Source: Histomonas meleagridis 2922-C6/04-290x (lineage: Eukaryota > Protista > Parabasalia). Taken from it: DNA of 64,000 nucleotides. The stretch covers positions 85,612 to 149,611 of the forward strand of contig JAANOX010000259.1 in NCBI GenBank assembly GCA_020184695.1. The letters are read 5' to 3'. A program made the position numbers and the translations under genes. Under the pieces are notes generated by a model. The model saw nothing but the letters and a program-made list of their open reading frames with translations. It searched no databases and was not told the origin of the DNA. Shown here one piece after another: positions 10,607 to 22,418 of the stretch (its first letter is position 1; each line of letters opens with the position of its first letter).

Positions 10607-12649
10607 ATGGATAATGATTCAAATAGCAATGAAGCTATCAAAAACATTGTACAACAACTGGGCCTTTCCAAGTTTTCTTCATCATTAATTAATTTAGAGA
10701 CGATTTCAGAAGCATCAAGTGTATCATCAAATCATTCAGATACAGACTCCAATTTAAAAATTAGTTCTCTTACAGGAATTTCAAGTAGTAACATAAGCTC
10801 TTTTGAACATCAAATTAATCAGAGAGATTTAGTAATTGAAGCAATTAGAAGACGACATAATCAACAATTAGATTCTCTATATAAAAAGTTAAGAGATACA
10901 AACCAATCAATTAAGTTTTTAAAAGAGAAATTTGAAGAAAGAATTAGCAAGTTAACAAAAGATTTTAACAAGGAAAAAGAATTAATCGAGGCAAATGCAT
11001 CCAAAGAAATCAAAAGACTCAAACTACTAAACAATGAGTACCGTGAAAATCTCACATTTGATAAGCTTCCTAATTTAACAAAACAAGAATATGAATCATT
11101 AATCACAAGTCCACCTTCTAATTTAACTCTTCAACAATTCCTATCAATTCAACTTTATGAGTATCAACAAAAGCCACCGAATAACATCCAACAATTAGAA
11201 GAAGTCAACAACAAATTTGAAACTACAAATCAAGATCTCCAAAACGAATTGAATAGTTTACAAACCGAGCTTTTATCGGAACGCGAATTACGGATATCGC
11301 TTGAATCAAGACTTGCCTCTTTAACCAAAAAAATATCACCAAAGCCAGTTGAATTAACACCAAAAGGTCAAGCTGAAAAAATCATTAAACTAGAAAATGA
11401 ACGTGCAGGATTACGCGGTTCATATCAAGTTACACTTGCACGACTTGAAGAATCCAATCTTCAAAAAGAAGAATTAAATCGAAAATGCAAGGAGCTTGAA
11501 AGTAATATAAATCATTATAAAACAGAAGTCACATCTTTAAATGCGCAACTTCAATCATTACAAACCTTAACAAATCGTCAAGAAGCAATTTTGTCACAAC
11601 AATATCATGAAATATCGGAATTAAAGAAAACGCGTGATGAGTTTTTTCATCGATTTATTCAAACATCAGAAGAGAGACGGAATGAAATGGGCACAATGTT
11701 AAAATCAGAAGTTGAACAATTATCACAAAGAAGTCGAAATGATGTCGAATACATACAAAAAGTTACTGAACAAATGAGAGAACGCGAGATAAATGTTCTT
11801 ACAAAGTCATATAATAATGTCATTGAAGAGAATAAACAACTTAGATTAGATATTAGAAGAACAGAAGAAGAAAAGTCTAAGTTACAAGCAGAATATCAAA
11901 CATTACAACTTTCACATGAAGCTGAATTAACACATCTTTCAAGTGATAACAAAATTAAATCATATGAATTGGAAAGAATAAAACTTGTTTATGAAGAACT
12001 TAAAATGAATCATGAAGACATTACTGATGAAAGAGATGCATTATCTGCTAAGTTTGATATTGTTAAACAAGAAATGTATAAATTAGAAAATGAAATTAAA
12101 ATTAGAGATCAACAAATCAAAAGTTTATCCGAAAAAGTTGTAATGTATGATAAACTAGAAAGTGAACTTGATATAGCAATCGAAACTTTACAACTTAATG
12201 ATTTTGGTCCGCTTGCTGTTCCATCTGATGCAAATAGACGTATTAAACAAAGTGTAATGCTTGCAAAAAGAGTTATGCAACTTACAAAGTCGAATAATCA
12301 ATTAAAAGAAGAATGTTCAAAATTGCAACAAAAAATTACTGAAAAAGAAGATGAACTTAATAACTTAAAGCAGCAATTAATGAATTCAAGTCAACCACAA
12401 CAAGTATTTGTTCAGATGATGAATGAAAAACAACAAGAAATTAATGAGCTTCGAAAGAAAGTACAAACAATGGCAGAAATGAATCAACAACTTAATAAAG
12501 AGAATGAAAGTTTAATGAATAATGTAAATTTCGTTGCTAAAAAGAATAATGAAATTGAAGCTACGAGAAAATCAACAGGTTGTTTCTTTTGCGAATCAGA
12601 ATTTCATCCTGGCGATCCAGCGCCATTTATTATAACACGATATAAATAG
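10607..12649 (+). CDS. PIBF1: PIBF1/CEP90-like centriolar coiled-coil protein
   Basis: 680-aa coiled coil. VPSDANRRIKQSVMLAKRVMQL matches the conserved PIBF1 segment [27 protein letters not shown] Inr-like motif just upstream. Confidence 0.8.
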   Translation: MDNDSNSNEAIKNIVQQLGLSKFSSSLINLETISEASSVSSNHSDTDSNLKISSLTGISSSNISSFEHQINQRDLVIEAIRRRHNQQLDSLYKKLRDTNQSIKFLKEKFEERISKLTKDFNKEKELIEANASKEIKRLKLLNNEYRENLTFDKLPNLTKQEYESLITSPPSNLTLQQFLSIQLYEYQQKPPNNIQQLEEVNNKFETTNQDLQNELNSLQTELLSERELRISLESRLASLTKKISPKPVELTPKGQAEKIIKLENERAGLRGSYQVTLARLEESNLQKEELNRKCKELESNINHYKTEVTSLNAQLQSLQTLTNRQEAILSQQYHEISELKKTRDEFFHRFIQTSEERRNEMGTMLKSEVEQLSQRSRNDVEYIQKVTEQMREREINVLTKSYNNVIEENKQLRLDIRRTEEEKSKLQAEYQTLQLSHEAELTHLSSDNKIKSYELERIKLVYEELKMNHEDITDERDALSAKFDIVKQEMYKLENEIKIRDQQIKSLSEKVVMYDKLESELDIAIETLQLNDFGPLAVPSDANRRIKQSVMLAKRVMQLTKSNNQLKEECSKLQQKITEKEDELNNLKQQLMNSSQPQQVFVQMMNEKQQEINELRKKVQTMAEMNQQLNKENESLMNNVNFVAKKNNEIEATRKSTGCFFCESEFHPGDPAPFIITRYK

Positions 12650-12998
12650 AATATTGTATTTAATAAACATTGTTTTTATTATGTAATTTTGCTTTGAATA
12701 ATTATTTTTGTTATGTAATTCGTTTGAGAATTGCTTATGATTTATTTGACGCTTTGTTTAATATTAAACTATGGAAATCATTTCTGTAGCTATGTTCATT
12801 AAAACCTAACTTTAAAAGTTTGGATTCATCATAATCATCTTGTTGAATTCTAAAATAATTATTATAAATCTTCTGAACTTTCACATTTTGTACAAAATGG
12901 GGAATCTCAATTATTAATAACATTAAAATCATTTTGTAGTTATTTTCTTTAAATAGGATTTTATTTTTGGTTTTATAAGAAAAATATTTTTAATTTAT

Positions 12999-14417
12999 TC
13001 AAATATCTATTTGGCTTCTAAATAATCCATTTGGCAAGTTCAAAAGTATTGATTGGAGATCTGCAGCTAGTTTAGCAATCTCAAAATTATCTGAATTATC
13101 TATCAGACTACATAAGAAATCAAAACTTTGGAATTGCTCCGCAGCTATGTTCTCGAAATATCCTTCATCTCCATGGTCCGAAAACTGATCAGCTAAAGCT
13201 TTCATTGCAATAATTGCAGGTTTGGCCAAACTTTGTAAATCAATTTCAATTGTATTACTAAGCATTATAATAAGACCTTTTTTAACCATCTCTATTAATG
13301 TATCGAGTTTACACATTGTGATGTAATTTGAAATAAGATTCGAAATTGAGGGCTTTATAACAAAAGGTGCCATGTCAAAATCGGTTATGCACTTTTCCCA
13401 AACCGAATTTTCCGTAAACCAGTCAAAAACTGATTTTTCCCTTTTCATTAATTCCGTTATTGAATCAAATGCGAGAACTACAGTGCTATAAGGTATGTCT
13501 TCTTCGGAAAAAGCTAGGTTCCCTATTCGGCCAATATCAAATACTAATTTTTGAGTTCCATTCATTTGACATAAATTAATAATCGTTGATAACGCAGGAT
13601 AAATATATTTCTTTTCGAAAAAAAGCATGTCATTAATAAAAATAGGAAGGTCTGTTTGATAAAACATATCTAACGGAAATTGATTACGAAAATCTGTAAG
13701 TTGTTTAAGTATCCATATCATTAAGAACTCTAACTTTTTATCATCTTTTTCATAAATTTTGTTAATATATTCAAGAATTTCGATTTCAACATCGACACTT
13801 GGTTCAAACTTTGTGCAATTATAAAGGAATAAAAGAAGTTCGTCATGACATTCGATACTAAACGCAATGTCTTTGAGCTCTTGAAATGTAATTATATTGA
13901 ATACTCGTTGAACTGATTCATCATCTGGAGCATTTGGTATAAGTGGTTTGGAATTACATGAAACAATACTTCGTAAAACAGAAAATGCATTGGCTTTAAA
14001 AGGAAATTCATCCATTCGTAAATGTGCAATTACAGATTCAATAATTGGAGTTTGAAGAAAATAAGAACCAATGATACCGTTGAAAGAGAGAAGCGCTTGA
14101 ATTAAATCAAAAGCGCATCTTGTAATATTAGGTGAATTACAATCAGATAAAATTGATATTAAAAAATGCAAAAAATTGATATTATTTTTTTCTTGAGGAA
14201 AATCAAATTCTTGTATTTTGGAAAGATTTTCTTTGAGTTCTTCAAGTTTTTGACAAAATTTTTCAAAGTTATTTATTTTATAATTATTCATGATTTCAGA
14301 AAAAGATTGTGACAAAATTAATGGATTTGAATTTAGCATTGTATCAGGTTCGATAATATCTTTATTCCTTTTGGAAAATGATGAAATTTTTTTGCATTTG
14401 TAATTGGTTGTGAGCAT
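12999..14417 (-). CDS. ARM/HEAT-repeat helical protein (importin-alpha-like, divergent)
   Basis: 472-aa all-helical hydrophobic pattern; C-terminal pattern shared with the ORFs at 24812 and about 62 kb. Confidence 0.65.
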   Translation of the reverse strand: MLTTNYKCKKISSFSKRNKDIIEPDTMLNSNPLILSQSFSEIMNNYKINNFEKFCQKLEELKENLSKIQEFDFPQEKNNINFLHFLISILSDCNSPNITRCAFDLIQALLSFNGIIGSYFLQTPIIESVIAHLRMDEFPFKANAFSVLRSIVSCNSKPLIPNAPDDESVQRVFNIITFQELKDIAFSIECHDELLLFLYNCTKFEPSVDVEIEILEYINKIYEKDDKKLEFLMIWILKQLTDFRNQFPLDMFYQTDLPIFINDMLFFEKKYIYPALSTIINLCQMNGTQKLVFDIGRIGNLAFSEEDIPYSTVVLAFDSITELMKREKSVFDWFTENSVWEKCITDFDMAPFVIKPSISNLISNYITMCKLDTLIEMVKKGLIIMLSNTIEIDLQSLAKPAIIAMKALADQFSDHGDEGYFENIAAEQFQSFDFLCSLIDNSDNFEIAKLAADLQSILLNLPNGLFRSQIDI

Positions 14418-14473
14418 AAGATCTTTCTAAACCATTGAAATGTGAAACTAAGCCAAAAAAAATGCAAAAAGTT

Positions 14474-14545
14474 GGGGCGATTCGGGAATCGAACCCGAGA
14501 CCTCTCGCACCCAAAGCGAGAATCATTCCACTAGACCAATCACCC
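14474..14545 (-). tRNA. trnP-UGG: tRNA-Pro(UGG), copy 1
   Basis: GGGTGATTGGTCTAGTGGAATGATTCTCGCTTTGGGTGCGAGAGGTCTCGGGTTCGATTCCCGAATCGCCCC. Acceptor stem GGGTGAT/ATCGCCC, anticodon TGG, TTCGA loop, T5 terminator 3 nt downstream. Confidence 0.97.
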
Positions 14546-15744
14546 TTTTCGATTTTGAAGAATTCGGATGATATTTATTTATTTAAAAGAACCATCTAAC
14601 ATTAATTAAGAATAGGTCCGAATATGCATATGCATTTATTTGAATGCCGTTGTTTGCATCAGAGTTAAAAATCAATGTACAGTCCCTAACAAGTAAAAAT
14701 CCCCCACTGGCCAACGAAAACACCCTTCAGAAAGCGGTTTAGGATTATAAACGTGCGCACGCCATAGATTAAACAAACACTGTGAAATACTTTTCAGAAC
14801 GCATTCAAACACGGCAACGGACTTAGTGAAATATATTTCATAATATCTTCATTCAAAAATGGTAGCTGTCAACCAAATAAACAGTTGCTTCAAATCAGAA
14901 AATCAATTTTTTTTATTTTTTACTGAAATAAATTTAAAGAAATATAAATCAATAAGCATATGTACTATATTCACTAAAATTATTTGTTATCTCATTTTTT
15001 TCACAGCAATCTCTAAAATGCTATTTTGGGTTCAATAAATAAAAATAGAAGTTTAAATTCAATAAATATATAGAACTAATAATAGTTAATAATAATTTAT
15101 ATAATTTTTCTTTAGTTTTCATTCTGTTTTTAAGTTATACTATATTTTCAATATCTTTACCAGAGCAAAAATTCAAAAATCTGTCTTTGAAATTTTTGAT
15201 AATTGATTTGTTCTATGAATAGGATAATTCTTGAAACAATTTATTCATTATTGGAGGCTCTAAGGACATAGGAGAAAAAATGACTTTTTGAATAGACTTT
15301 GCGGTTACAGATCCAGATCAGAATTCGTTCGGAAACGAGTGAGCGAGACTAATAAAAAAATATTTTAAACATTTCTTTAACAATACTCGTATATACTGGT
15401 TTAGATGTGGTTAATTGGTACGTCCAGTCTTAGCTTAGATGACCGTTTATGAATTGTATCGTACAATACTCAATTCAAATGAAATTTTAAATCAGCTAAT
15501 TGTTTTCGTCATGAAACCGCTTTTTGAATTCAAATTTAATCAAAAACAAATTTCCTGCACAAAAAGTCAATTTAGCGCCTCTTTATATATTAATTTGTTG
15601 TTTATTAACTAATTAACTAAATTCGAAACAACACAATTACATTACATCTTCACACTTATTGAATCAATTAGATCACATTTTCACACTTTATGAATTTATT
15701 ACATGTAATTACATAACAATTCTATTATTTAAAAAAGTAATCGA

Positions 15745-17070
15745 TTAATTTTTTTTCTTAAGCAATGGACATTTTTTAATATAATGATCATAATTGCCAC
15801 AATAGCTACATCTATATTTTTCACCCTTTAATTGTTTCTTACCAAATGGAACGTTTTTCGATATATTCGTGTTTGCACGTCCTTTTTGAGCTATTGTTAA
15901 AAGCAATTCTTCATTAGGCATGATTTTAATTTGTTCTGCTTCTTGAAAGAATTTTTCAAAAAGCATATTTGATATCATTATATTTATGTGCAATTGCAGC
16001 GTATGGTGCAATTTTTGCCATTATTGTACCATAATTATTTTTAGCCTTAACATTGTTATTAATAATTTTTAAGTTTCCTTTTATTTTTTCTGATTCTTCT
16101 CTAATATATCTTGATGGTACTTCTTTAAATTTTATTCTATTATTATTTGAAATATGCCTACATGGTATTGCATATTAAGGATTATGTATTCTGCGAATAC
16201 ACCAACAACAAATGTCATTATAATTTTGAGGATATATACTGTTTTTTAAATATTCATCTGTTATTACTATTTTATATAAAAGTCCGACTTTATCATTTTC
16301 CTTATTAGGTCTAATTATGAATTTATTATCAATAACATTGTTTATTAAAAAAAAATGGATTAAATTATTAATAAATTGGATAGATTATTTAATATTTTAA
16401 TCGATTTTGTTAATGTTATTCAATATATAATTCGATTCAAATTTCGAAAAAATACATTCAATTTTTCCAGTATTCAAATAAGTTATAGGAATGCTTTTTA
16501 AAGCCATATCCAATGGCAACCGATGTTGTCTATAATTAATTAATTCACTTAGAAGTTCTTTTTCAGGTGAATTTTCCATGTTATTCATTTTATTTGTCAA
16601 ATATTCTATAAAGCTTTTACAAGATTGTATATTATTTTAATATGAAAAAATATATCCATTATTAATTTGTTGTCGTGGAGCAATTCAAGATTTCTTTGGA
16701 TGTGTACTAAGCAAAATCCAATAATTGTCTCAGGAAAGATATTATGAGCTGCATTGAATTGGGCCATATATCTATCCATAACAATTAAACAAATTTTTTT
16801 TTTGTGTAAATTGTTTAATATCATTCAATAATAATTTAAACAAATTTTCTGTTTCATCTGAAAAAAAGTCATATGAAACGATTTGAGAATGGTCATCAGG
16901 ATCAATAAATGAAATGTACATTCGAATACATATCTTCTGTTACAGCAACTTGTTTGAGCTGCAGAATAAAGTAATTTAGATTCTCTTGAAACATTTGAAA
17001 CAAATTCTGTTATACTAATATACCCGTTGAATGGGAAAGTTGTTTTTTTTAATTTTATTACACTCATTAA
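15745..17070 (-). mobile_element. Decayed MULE (Mutator-like) transposase with SWIM and CCHC zinc-knuckle remnants
   Basis: Fragments in order: N-terminal RRYVFECTFH; MULE core IVMDRYMAQFNAAHNIFPETIIGFCLVHIQRNL; SWIM remnant IPCRHI near 16170; C-terminal CSYCGNYDHYIKKC. Many stops and frameshifts. Confidence 0.8.
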
Positions 17071-17829
17071 TAAGAGATGTAACTTTGTATTTGATTTTTT
17101 CCATCAAAATAGCAAACTACATTCATAACCGTTTGAACATAACTTTTTCATATAATAAATTTTTTTCTAATCAAATTTCACTTTTTGAATGTGCTGATCA
17201 TGGCGAAAACAATTAGCCTTTTAGATCTTCATTAAAATTTGAGGAATTGTTTTTCGCTACAGACAAACCTGAAATTTCAGTAGCAACAAAATTGTGTAAA
17301 AAAGGCGGGGAATTCCTTGGTAATTTCAGAAATGTGATATAAAATTGTTCTGATTATATTCATATACAAATATTGAATCAATAATTGTTGGTTTACCCGG
17401 GGTGTCATATATTCTCGTTTTTAATCTCAACTTTCAGTGCAGCTCATTAAATCATTTGGTCTTTCTCATTTGTGATTTAGTACACCTAATTTATTAATAT
17501 ATATATTTTATCATTTTATCCATCACATTTAGACTTTCAATATACACACATAATTTCATATCTCATTTAATAATTACTATCTCATTTTATCTCTCTCTTT
17601 CAAACATCTGTGATTCACGTAATCATTTTTTGCATTTTTGTCTATTTTGTTTAATTTTTTAGTATGCATATAATAGGTTTTGTATTTTTAAATCTTTAAT
17701 TATATGTATTTGTGATTTAACTTTCTTGGTTTATTGCTTCAGTTCTTGAATATAAATCAGATGATTTTTCATTCATTCGATTCTATCGTTGGAAATGAAT
17801 CCAGTTAATAATACTATATATATTAAACT

Positions 17830-18525
17830 CGACTTGCGATTTCCACCCATCGTATATAGCAATCATCCCACTATATTAATATCATGAATATATAATATAT
17901 ATACATAGTTACATCTATGATTAATATAAATCTAAGAATAATATCATAATTAGCACGAGATAAATCTATTCTTTCATTCCAAAAAGTGACAAAATCGACT
18001 TTTGCATGATTTATATCAAACGATAGCAGCAACGATAAAATATGATAGGAGCGAATTCGAATGATGATAAATATTATTAAAATTTTACTATTTCCTCGAA
18101 AAGATACGTTATTTGTTTCTATCATTGTGATGTGTAAACAGCCAAATTAAATGATTCTTGCTTCGTTAAAAATTTTGATATTATATCATAGAAACGTGAT
18201 TTGATATTTATTACGAATAATTATATGAGATCTTGATTTCCTTGAATTTATGAATTTATTGAAAAAATGAATGATGTGATAATTTTCGTAATAACTTAAT
18301 GATGTATCTATTTGACCTAATTAATGATTCATAATCAATGATATAGTTTCTGTGTAAGTCACATCCTTGAAATATCTTGGGACTATCGATACGTTTTTTT
18401 CTGATTGAAACGATTCTCGATCATTGAATTTATTTGATGTATCTTTATTTTATTTTTGTATTTTAGCAAAAAGTTCAATCCTATTGAATAAATATCTATA
18501 CGAATTTAATTTGCAAATTATTTTT
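17830..18525 (-). repeat. Dispersed repeat, copy 3 (inside the island; two blocks, 17830-18105 and 18450-18525)
   Basis: Direct-orientation similarity to 9060-9410. Reads FWNERIDLSRANYDIILRFILIIDVTMY and ICKLNSYRYLFNRIELFAKIQK. Confidence 0.75.
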
Positions 18526-18880
18526 CCAACATTCTATGTAATGATGTTGATTTCCCTGCCCCTCGGAATATTTGTCAATATTAAAGTTTTTAGAAATTAT
18601 TTGATGAATAATGAAATATCATTTATTTTACATGATTATATTAAAAATTGATATCATATTCTTTTCAAATCTATCGAAAATATTGATGAACTCAAAACAT
18701 TTCGGATATATTGATGGCATATTCATGTAATTGTCGTATATAAAGTGTTACCAAAAATTATTTTCATACGATAGAAATAATTCAAAAATAATTGACTTAA
18801 TTACGATTGTTTTAAATTATAAATATCTGACATTTGGGAATAAAATTTGGTCAAAGAAGTTTGACTCTTATTCAGAAAAT

Positions 18881-19165
18881 TCAGAAGTTTGTTGGTCCAC
18901 CGAAATTCATCATAACTTCCTTCATACGCTTTTCCATGGAGTCAATAAGGTGATTTATAACTTCTTCAGAAATTGAACTCCATACAGCAAAGATATATTC
19001 AATTAGTTCCTACTTTGTTTGCGGAATCAATTCATATTCTTTCGCCTTAATGATACTCCATAGATTCTCGATAGGGTTGAGGTCAGGCGACATCGCGGGC
19101 CAATTTTCTAGGATATTTACATAATTTTTCAAATAATCAATAGTTATTGTTGATATTATTATTCA
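18881..19165 (-). mobile_element. 3' fragment of a Tc1/IS630 transposase (not in ORF track)
   Basis: Reads YLKNYVNILENWPAMSPDLNPIENLWSIIK...QTK*ELIEYIFAVWSSISEEVINHLIDSMEKRMKEVMMNFGGPTNF*. WPxxSPDLNPIE is diagnostic. The 5' part is replaced by hAT sequence. Confidence 0.9.
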
Positions 19166-19169
19166 TAAC

Positions 19170-20035
19170 AAATCTACTATTTCAAGATTTACAATAACAC
19201 CTGATGAATTTAAAAATTTACATAGGGTTCTACAAATTTTAAAAAAACTTACACTTATATTTGAGGATCCTAAAACAAAACTGATGCATACCCGAAGATT
19301 GAAAGTGCCATGTTCGAATTAGAAAGGCTCTCAATCGATAACAACAAATATGCAAGTGCAATAAAAAATTGTATTGGGGAATATACAATTAACTCTCCAA
19401 TTAAAAATTTATTTTTAACTGCATATATATTAACACCTCGTGGACACAATGACTATTATAAACGTTTATTAAATAAAATTGATGATAAACCTCAACACCG
19501 ATTTATTGAAAGTTGGATAGTTGGATCAAAGATTAACTAATATTTAGTTTTAAACAATAAAGCTATTGATGAAATATTGCAAGAAGGAGTTGATAAAATA
19601 TTAGAACAAGAACTTTTAGAAAAAGAATTTGAAACAGACGAAGAAATTGATAAACACAAAAAAGGTGTTGATGAAGCATTAAAATATTATTTTTTCATAT
19701 TATCATTTCAATTCATAAAAAATCTATCAAAAAATTATACGACTGATTTGAATGTAATTACGAAAATAGATCAAGTTCTTCATGAATTTGTTTCACAACC
19801 ACTTGATGATTTAACAATTTTGAAAAGTGACTATTAAGATTGGTTATCTTGGAGAACTAATCCATATTTAGAAATTCTTGCTGATATAGCCCTAAGACTT
19901 GAAGCATCAGGTTGTAGTGAAGCAGCCTGTGAACGCACACTCTCAACGCAACGACTTATATATAATAATAAAAGAAATCGATCAAATGATGATTTACTAT
20001 TTGCAAAAATGACTATGATGAGGGCTGATTATTAA
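19170..20035 (+). mobile_element. 3' part of a hAT transposase including the dimerization domain
   Basis: Ends LADIALRLEASGCSEAACERTLSTQRLIYNNKRNRS (hAT S...ER.FS...RNR motif). One frameshift near 19290 and in-frame TAAs at 19538 and 19835. Confidence 0.8.
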
Positions 20036-20356
20036 ATAGAAGAAGAGCGATATTATTTTCATTTTTAGAACCCTATTGTAGTAGTAAGTGAGTTTCTATC
20101 AAAAAAATAATATATTATAATTAATAAATAATAAAACAAAATCTAATAAAAGTGATGTAATTTATTGATGTTTTGAATTTCAAGATATGTTAAAATTGAT
20201 TCATAATAAGATTAGTGAAGCTTTTATATAGTATAAAATTTACTTTGGCTCATTTTCGTTCATATCACATGTCTGTCCTTTCTACAGGCAAAATTTTACC
20301 CAAGGTAAAATTTTTTTTAACCAATTTTCTTTATTATTTTATGACTTTTGTTTTAT

Positions 20357-20887
20357 ATAAAAATAGAACGACAAATAATTGAAAAAAATCAAAATGAAAT
20401 TGATATTAGTCTTGAGAATCAAAGTAGATATTGCAAGATCGCATATTACGGAAAGCAATCTGCCAGAATTGGCTCGCTTGCTTCTGATTCTGACTATAAT
20501 GACATCGTTTTTTAGATGTCAAGACTTCTATCCATAAAATCATTATCAGTAAATGCATCGAATGAACCTGAAATGGCGGTTCCACGGAAGAAAGGAAGAA
20601 AAAAGAAAAGTCAAAACGAACCAGAAGTTATAAGTGAGGATTTCCCATCATGCAGAATATGTAAAAGTGAAGAACACAAAGCAGAAAACTGTTCGATTTA
20701 TAATTATTACATTCGGCAATATAACAATTATTCCGGTACAAAAAATAAAAATAAATGTAAAGTTTGTGGCTCACGGGGTCATAATTCACAAACATGTGAC
20801 ATAAGAAAAGGAGGAGTATTAGGGATAAATGATGGAGTAATTTATTTTTTTTATGGAGATATTTTTTCAGATAATATTGAAACCTAA
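20357..20887 (+). mobile_element. Double CCHC zinc-knuckle fragment (MULE C-terminus-like or Gag-like)
   Basis: PRKKGRKKK basic patch, then CRICKSEEHKAENC and CKVCGSRGHNSQTC. The frame extends upstream to about 20357 through one TAG (20513-20515). Confidence 0.55.
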
Positions 20888-21300
20888 TACTAGAAAAAAG
20901 TAATGAATAAAAAATTTATCTAAATTTGTTCTGAATATATTCGATTATCAAAAATTGTCATCTTGAATTATAATGTTGGTATATTTATTATCTCCACGTA
21001 ATGAATGTGTAACAATTGTTTGCTGACTGAAATGATCAGCTATCATTGTCAACAATCCAAAAAAAATGATTTTAGCGCCAATTAAAAAATTTTCACAAAA
21101 ACTTCATTGAATATCGACGTTATCAAAATGACATATTGTGGAAATTTGGCTTTTATCATGATAATATTCGATATAAACCAATCAAAAGATTCTATCAATT
21201 TACTGTGCTGCAGAACACTGTTCTATAACATAACATTCATTATTATTTTATTAATTTGAAGTATTGTCACTTTTCTTGTTTATTGAAAATATTCTCTGAT

Positions 21301-21341
21301 GGTAGAAAAAGGGCACACTTTTTGACACTCCACTTTTTGAT
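21301..21341 (+). repeat. Left outer TIR of the Tc1 element
   Basis: ggtagaaaaagggcacactttttgacactccactttttgat is the inverted match of 24281-24320. Confidence 0.85.
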
Positions 21342-21393
21342 CGGTTTATGCAACAACAAAAGTGACAGTAGGGTTTGTATTTGGAGGTAATTA

Positions 21394-21448
21394 GTTTTGA
21401 TCGGCGTGCATCGAAAAACTTCGTTTTTCGATGCACGCCGATCAAAAC
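21394..21448. repeat. Perfect 26-bp inverted repeat with a 3-nt loop
   Basis: gttttgatcggcgtgcatcgaaaaac-ttc-gtttttcgatgcacgccgatcaaaac, with no mismatches. Confidence 0.98.
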
Positions 21449-21543
21449 CGTCGGGCCTGTGTGGTGAAAGTTTGAGTGTTTATTACGGTTGTGGTCGAGC
21501 ATAACAAAAGAAGTTTGCTTTTTAAAAAAATCTCAGTCTATGT

Positions 21544-22418
21544 TTATTGACTGTAGATGAACTCTGCATCAGATCGACCAGAGTACATTGGCATCAATGC
21601 AAATGCTTCTGATGGAGTTTTTCCAGTTCCAGTGAGCTGCTTCAGTGATGATTGCTCCAACATGGTATTATACTGGTTGACTATCCAGTACCACGAAGAG
21701 GCCTGGTCTTTCTTCTTTCGATGGTTTCCCACCATCTCTCAATCTTCCCATTTTTTTCGGGAGTGTACGGGTGAGTCTTGTGGATTTCCACATTACTCCT
21801 TTGCAGTAGCTCCTCGAAAGGTTCACGAAATTCGGTCCCATTATCCATTATAATGGTTTTGAGAACTCCTTTTTTTTGCAGGACAGCAGAGAGGGCGTTC
21901 ATTGCCAAAATACTTGTCTTTTGCTCAAGTATCTGATAATGAATAATCAGCCTGCTTCTGTCATCAATAAACGCAATTAAATATAATTGCTTATAGTTTT
22001 CTTATGGGAGAAGCTCCAGGTAATTTAGGTCAGTATGCCAAGCTTGATTGACATACTTTGCTACAAATCTATTGAGGTGCTCTTTCTTTTTTTCTGGGCG
22101 ATTAAATTGGAACAAGCTAAATTGTTCATATATGGATTTGCATTTCCATGTTGTAAGAGACTTTGGTGCAAATGGATCTCTCTTGGCTACATTTGCCATT
22201 GCTTGGTAACCAACATTAGCTTCCTGCTTATATGCCATTATATAGGCGAGTTCTTCTTGAGTTACAGGAGGAGATGGACGACCACAATTTCGGATTTGGA
22301 TTTCGAACATTTCACAGATCTCATGTACCCTATCCCTTCCGATGTGGTATTTCATCATCACCGCCTTTACGCCTTTGGTACAGATATCGTACTTGAACCC
22401 TTCAATGCTGAAGCTCAT
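21544..22418 (-). pseudogene. rve/IS481-type DDE transposase (about 290 aa reconstructed)
   Basis: QAWHTDL; YLIAFIDDRSRLI; IMDNGTEF; HPYTPEKNGKIERWW; VNQYN...SSL...KTPSE. One in-frame TAA (22002-22004) and one frameshift near 21710. Confidence 0.88.

Noticed and set aside
14678-14707. TA|CAGTCCCTAACAAGTAAAAATCCCCCA looks like a Tc1-type terminal repeat start.
   Set aside because: No inverted partner found in the window; kept only as a possible solo end.
19224-20075. TAGGGTTCTA and TAGAACCCTA inverted 10-mers as candidate hAT TIRs.
   Set aside because: The left match lies inside the transposase coding frame; 10 bp is compatible with chance.
21265-21367. 16-bp inverted repeat TGTCACTTTT(C/G)TTGTT with GTAT/GTAG flanks, resembling a 103-bp TGT…ACA MITE.
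   Set aside because: It straddles the Tc1 TIR boundary, and AAAAGTGACA recurs elsewhere (about 6343 and 17982) as a common promoter-like motif, so an independent element cannot be supported.
21394-21448. Helitron 3' hairpin, bacterial terminator or CRISPR repeat.
   Set aside because: The stem is too long with no nearby CTRR end, there is no U-tract, and it is a single unit with no spacer array.
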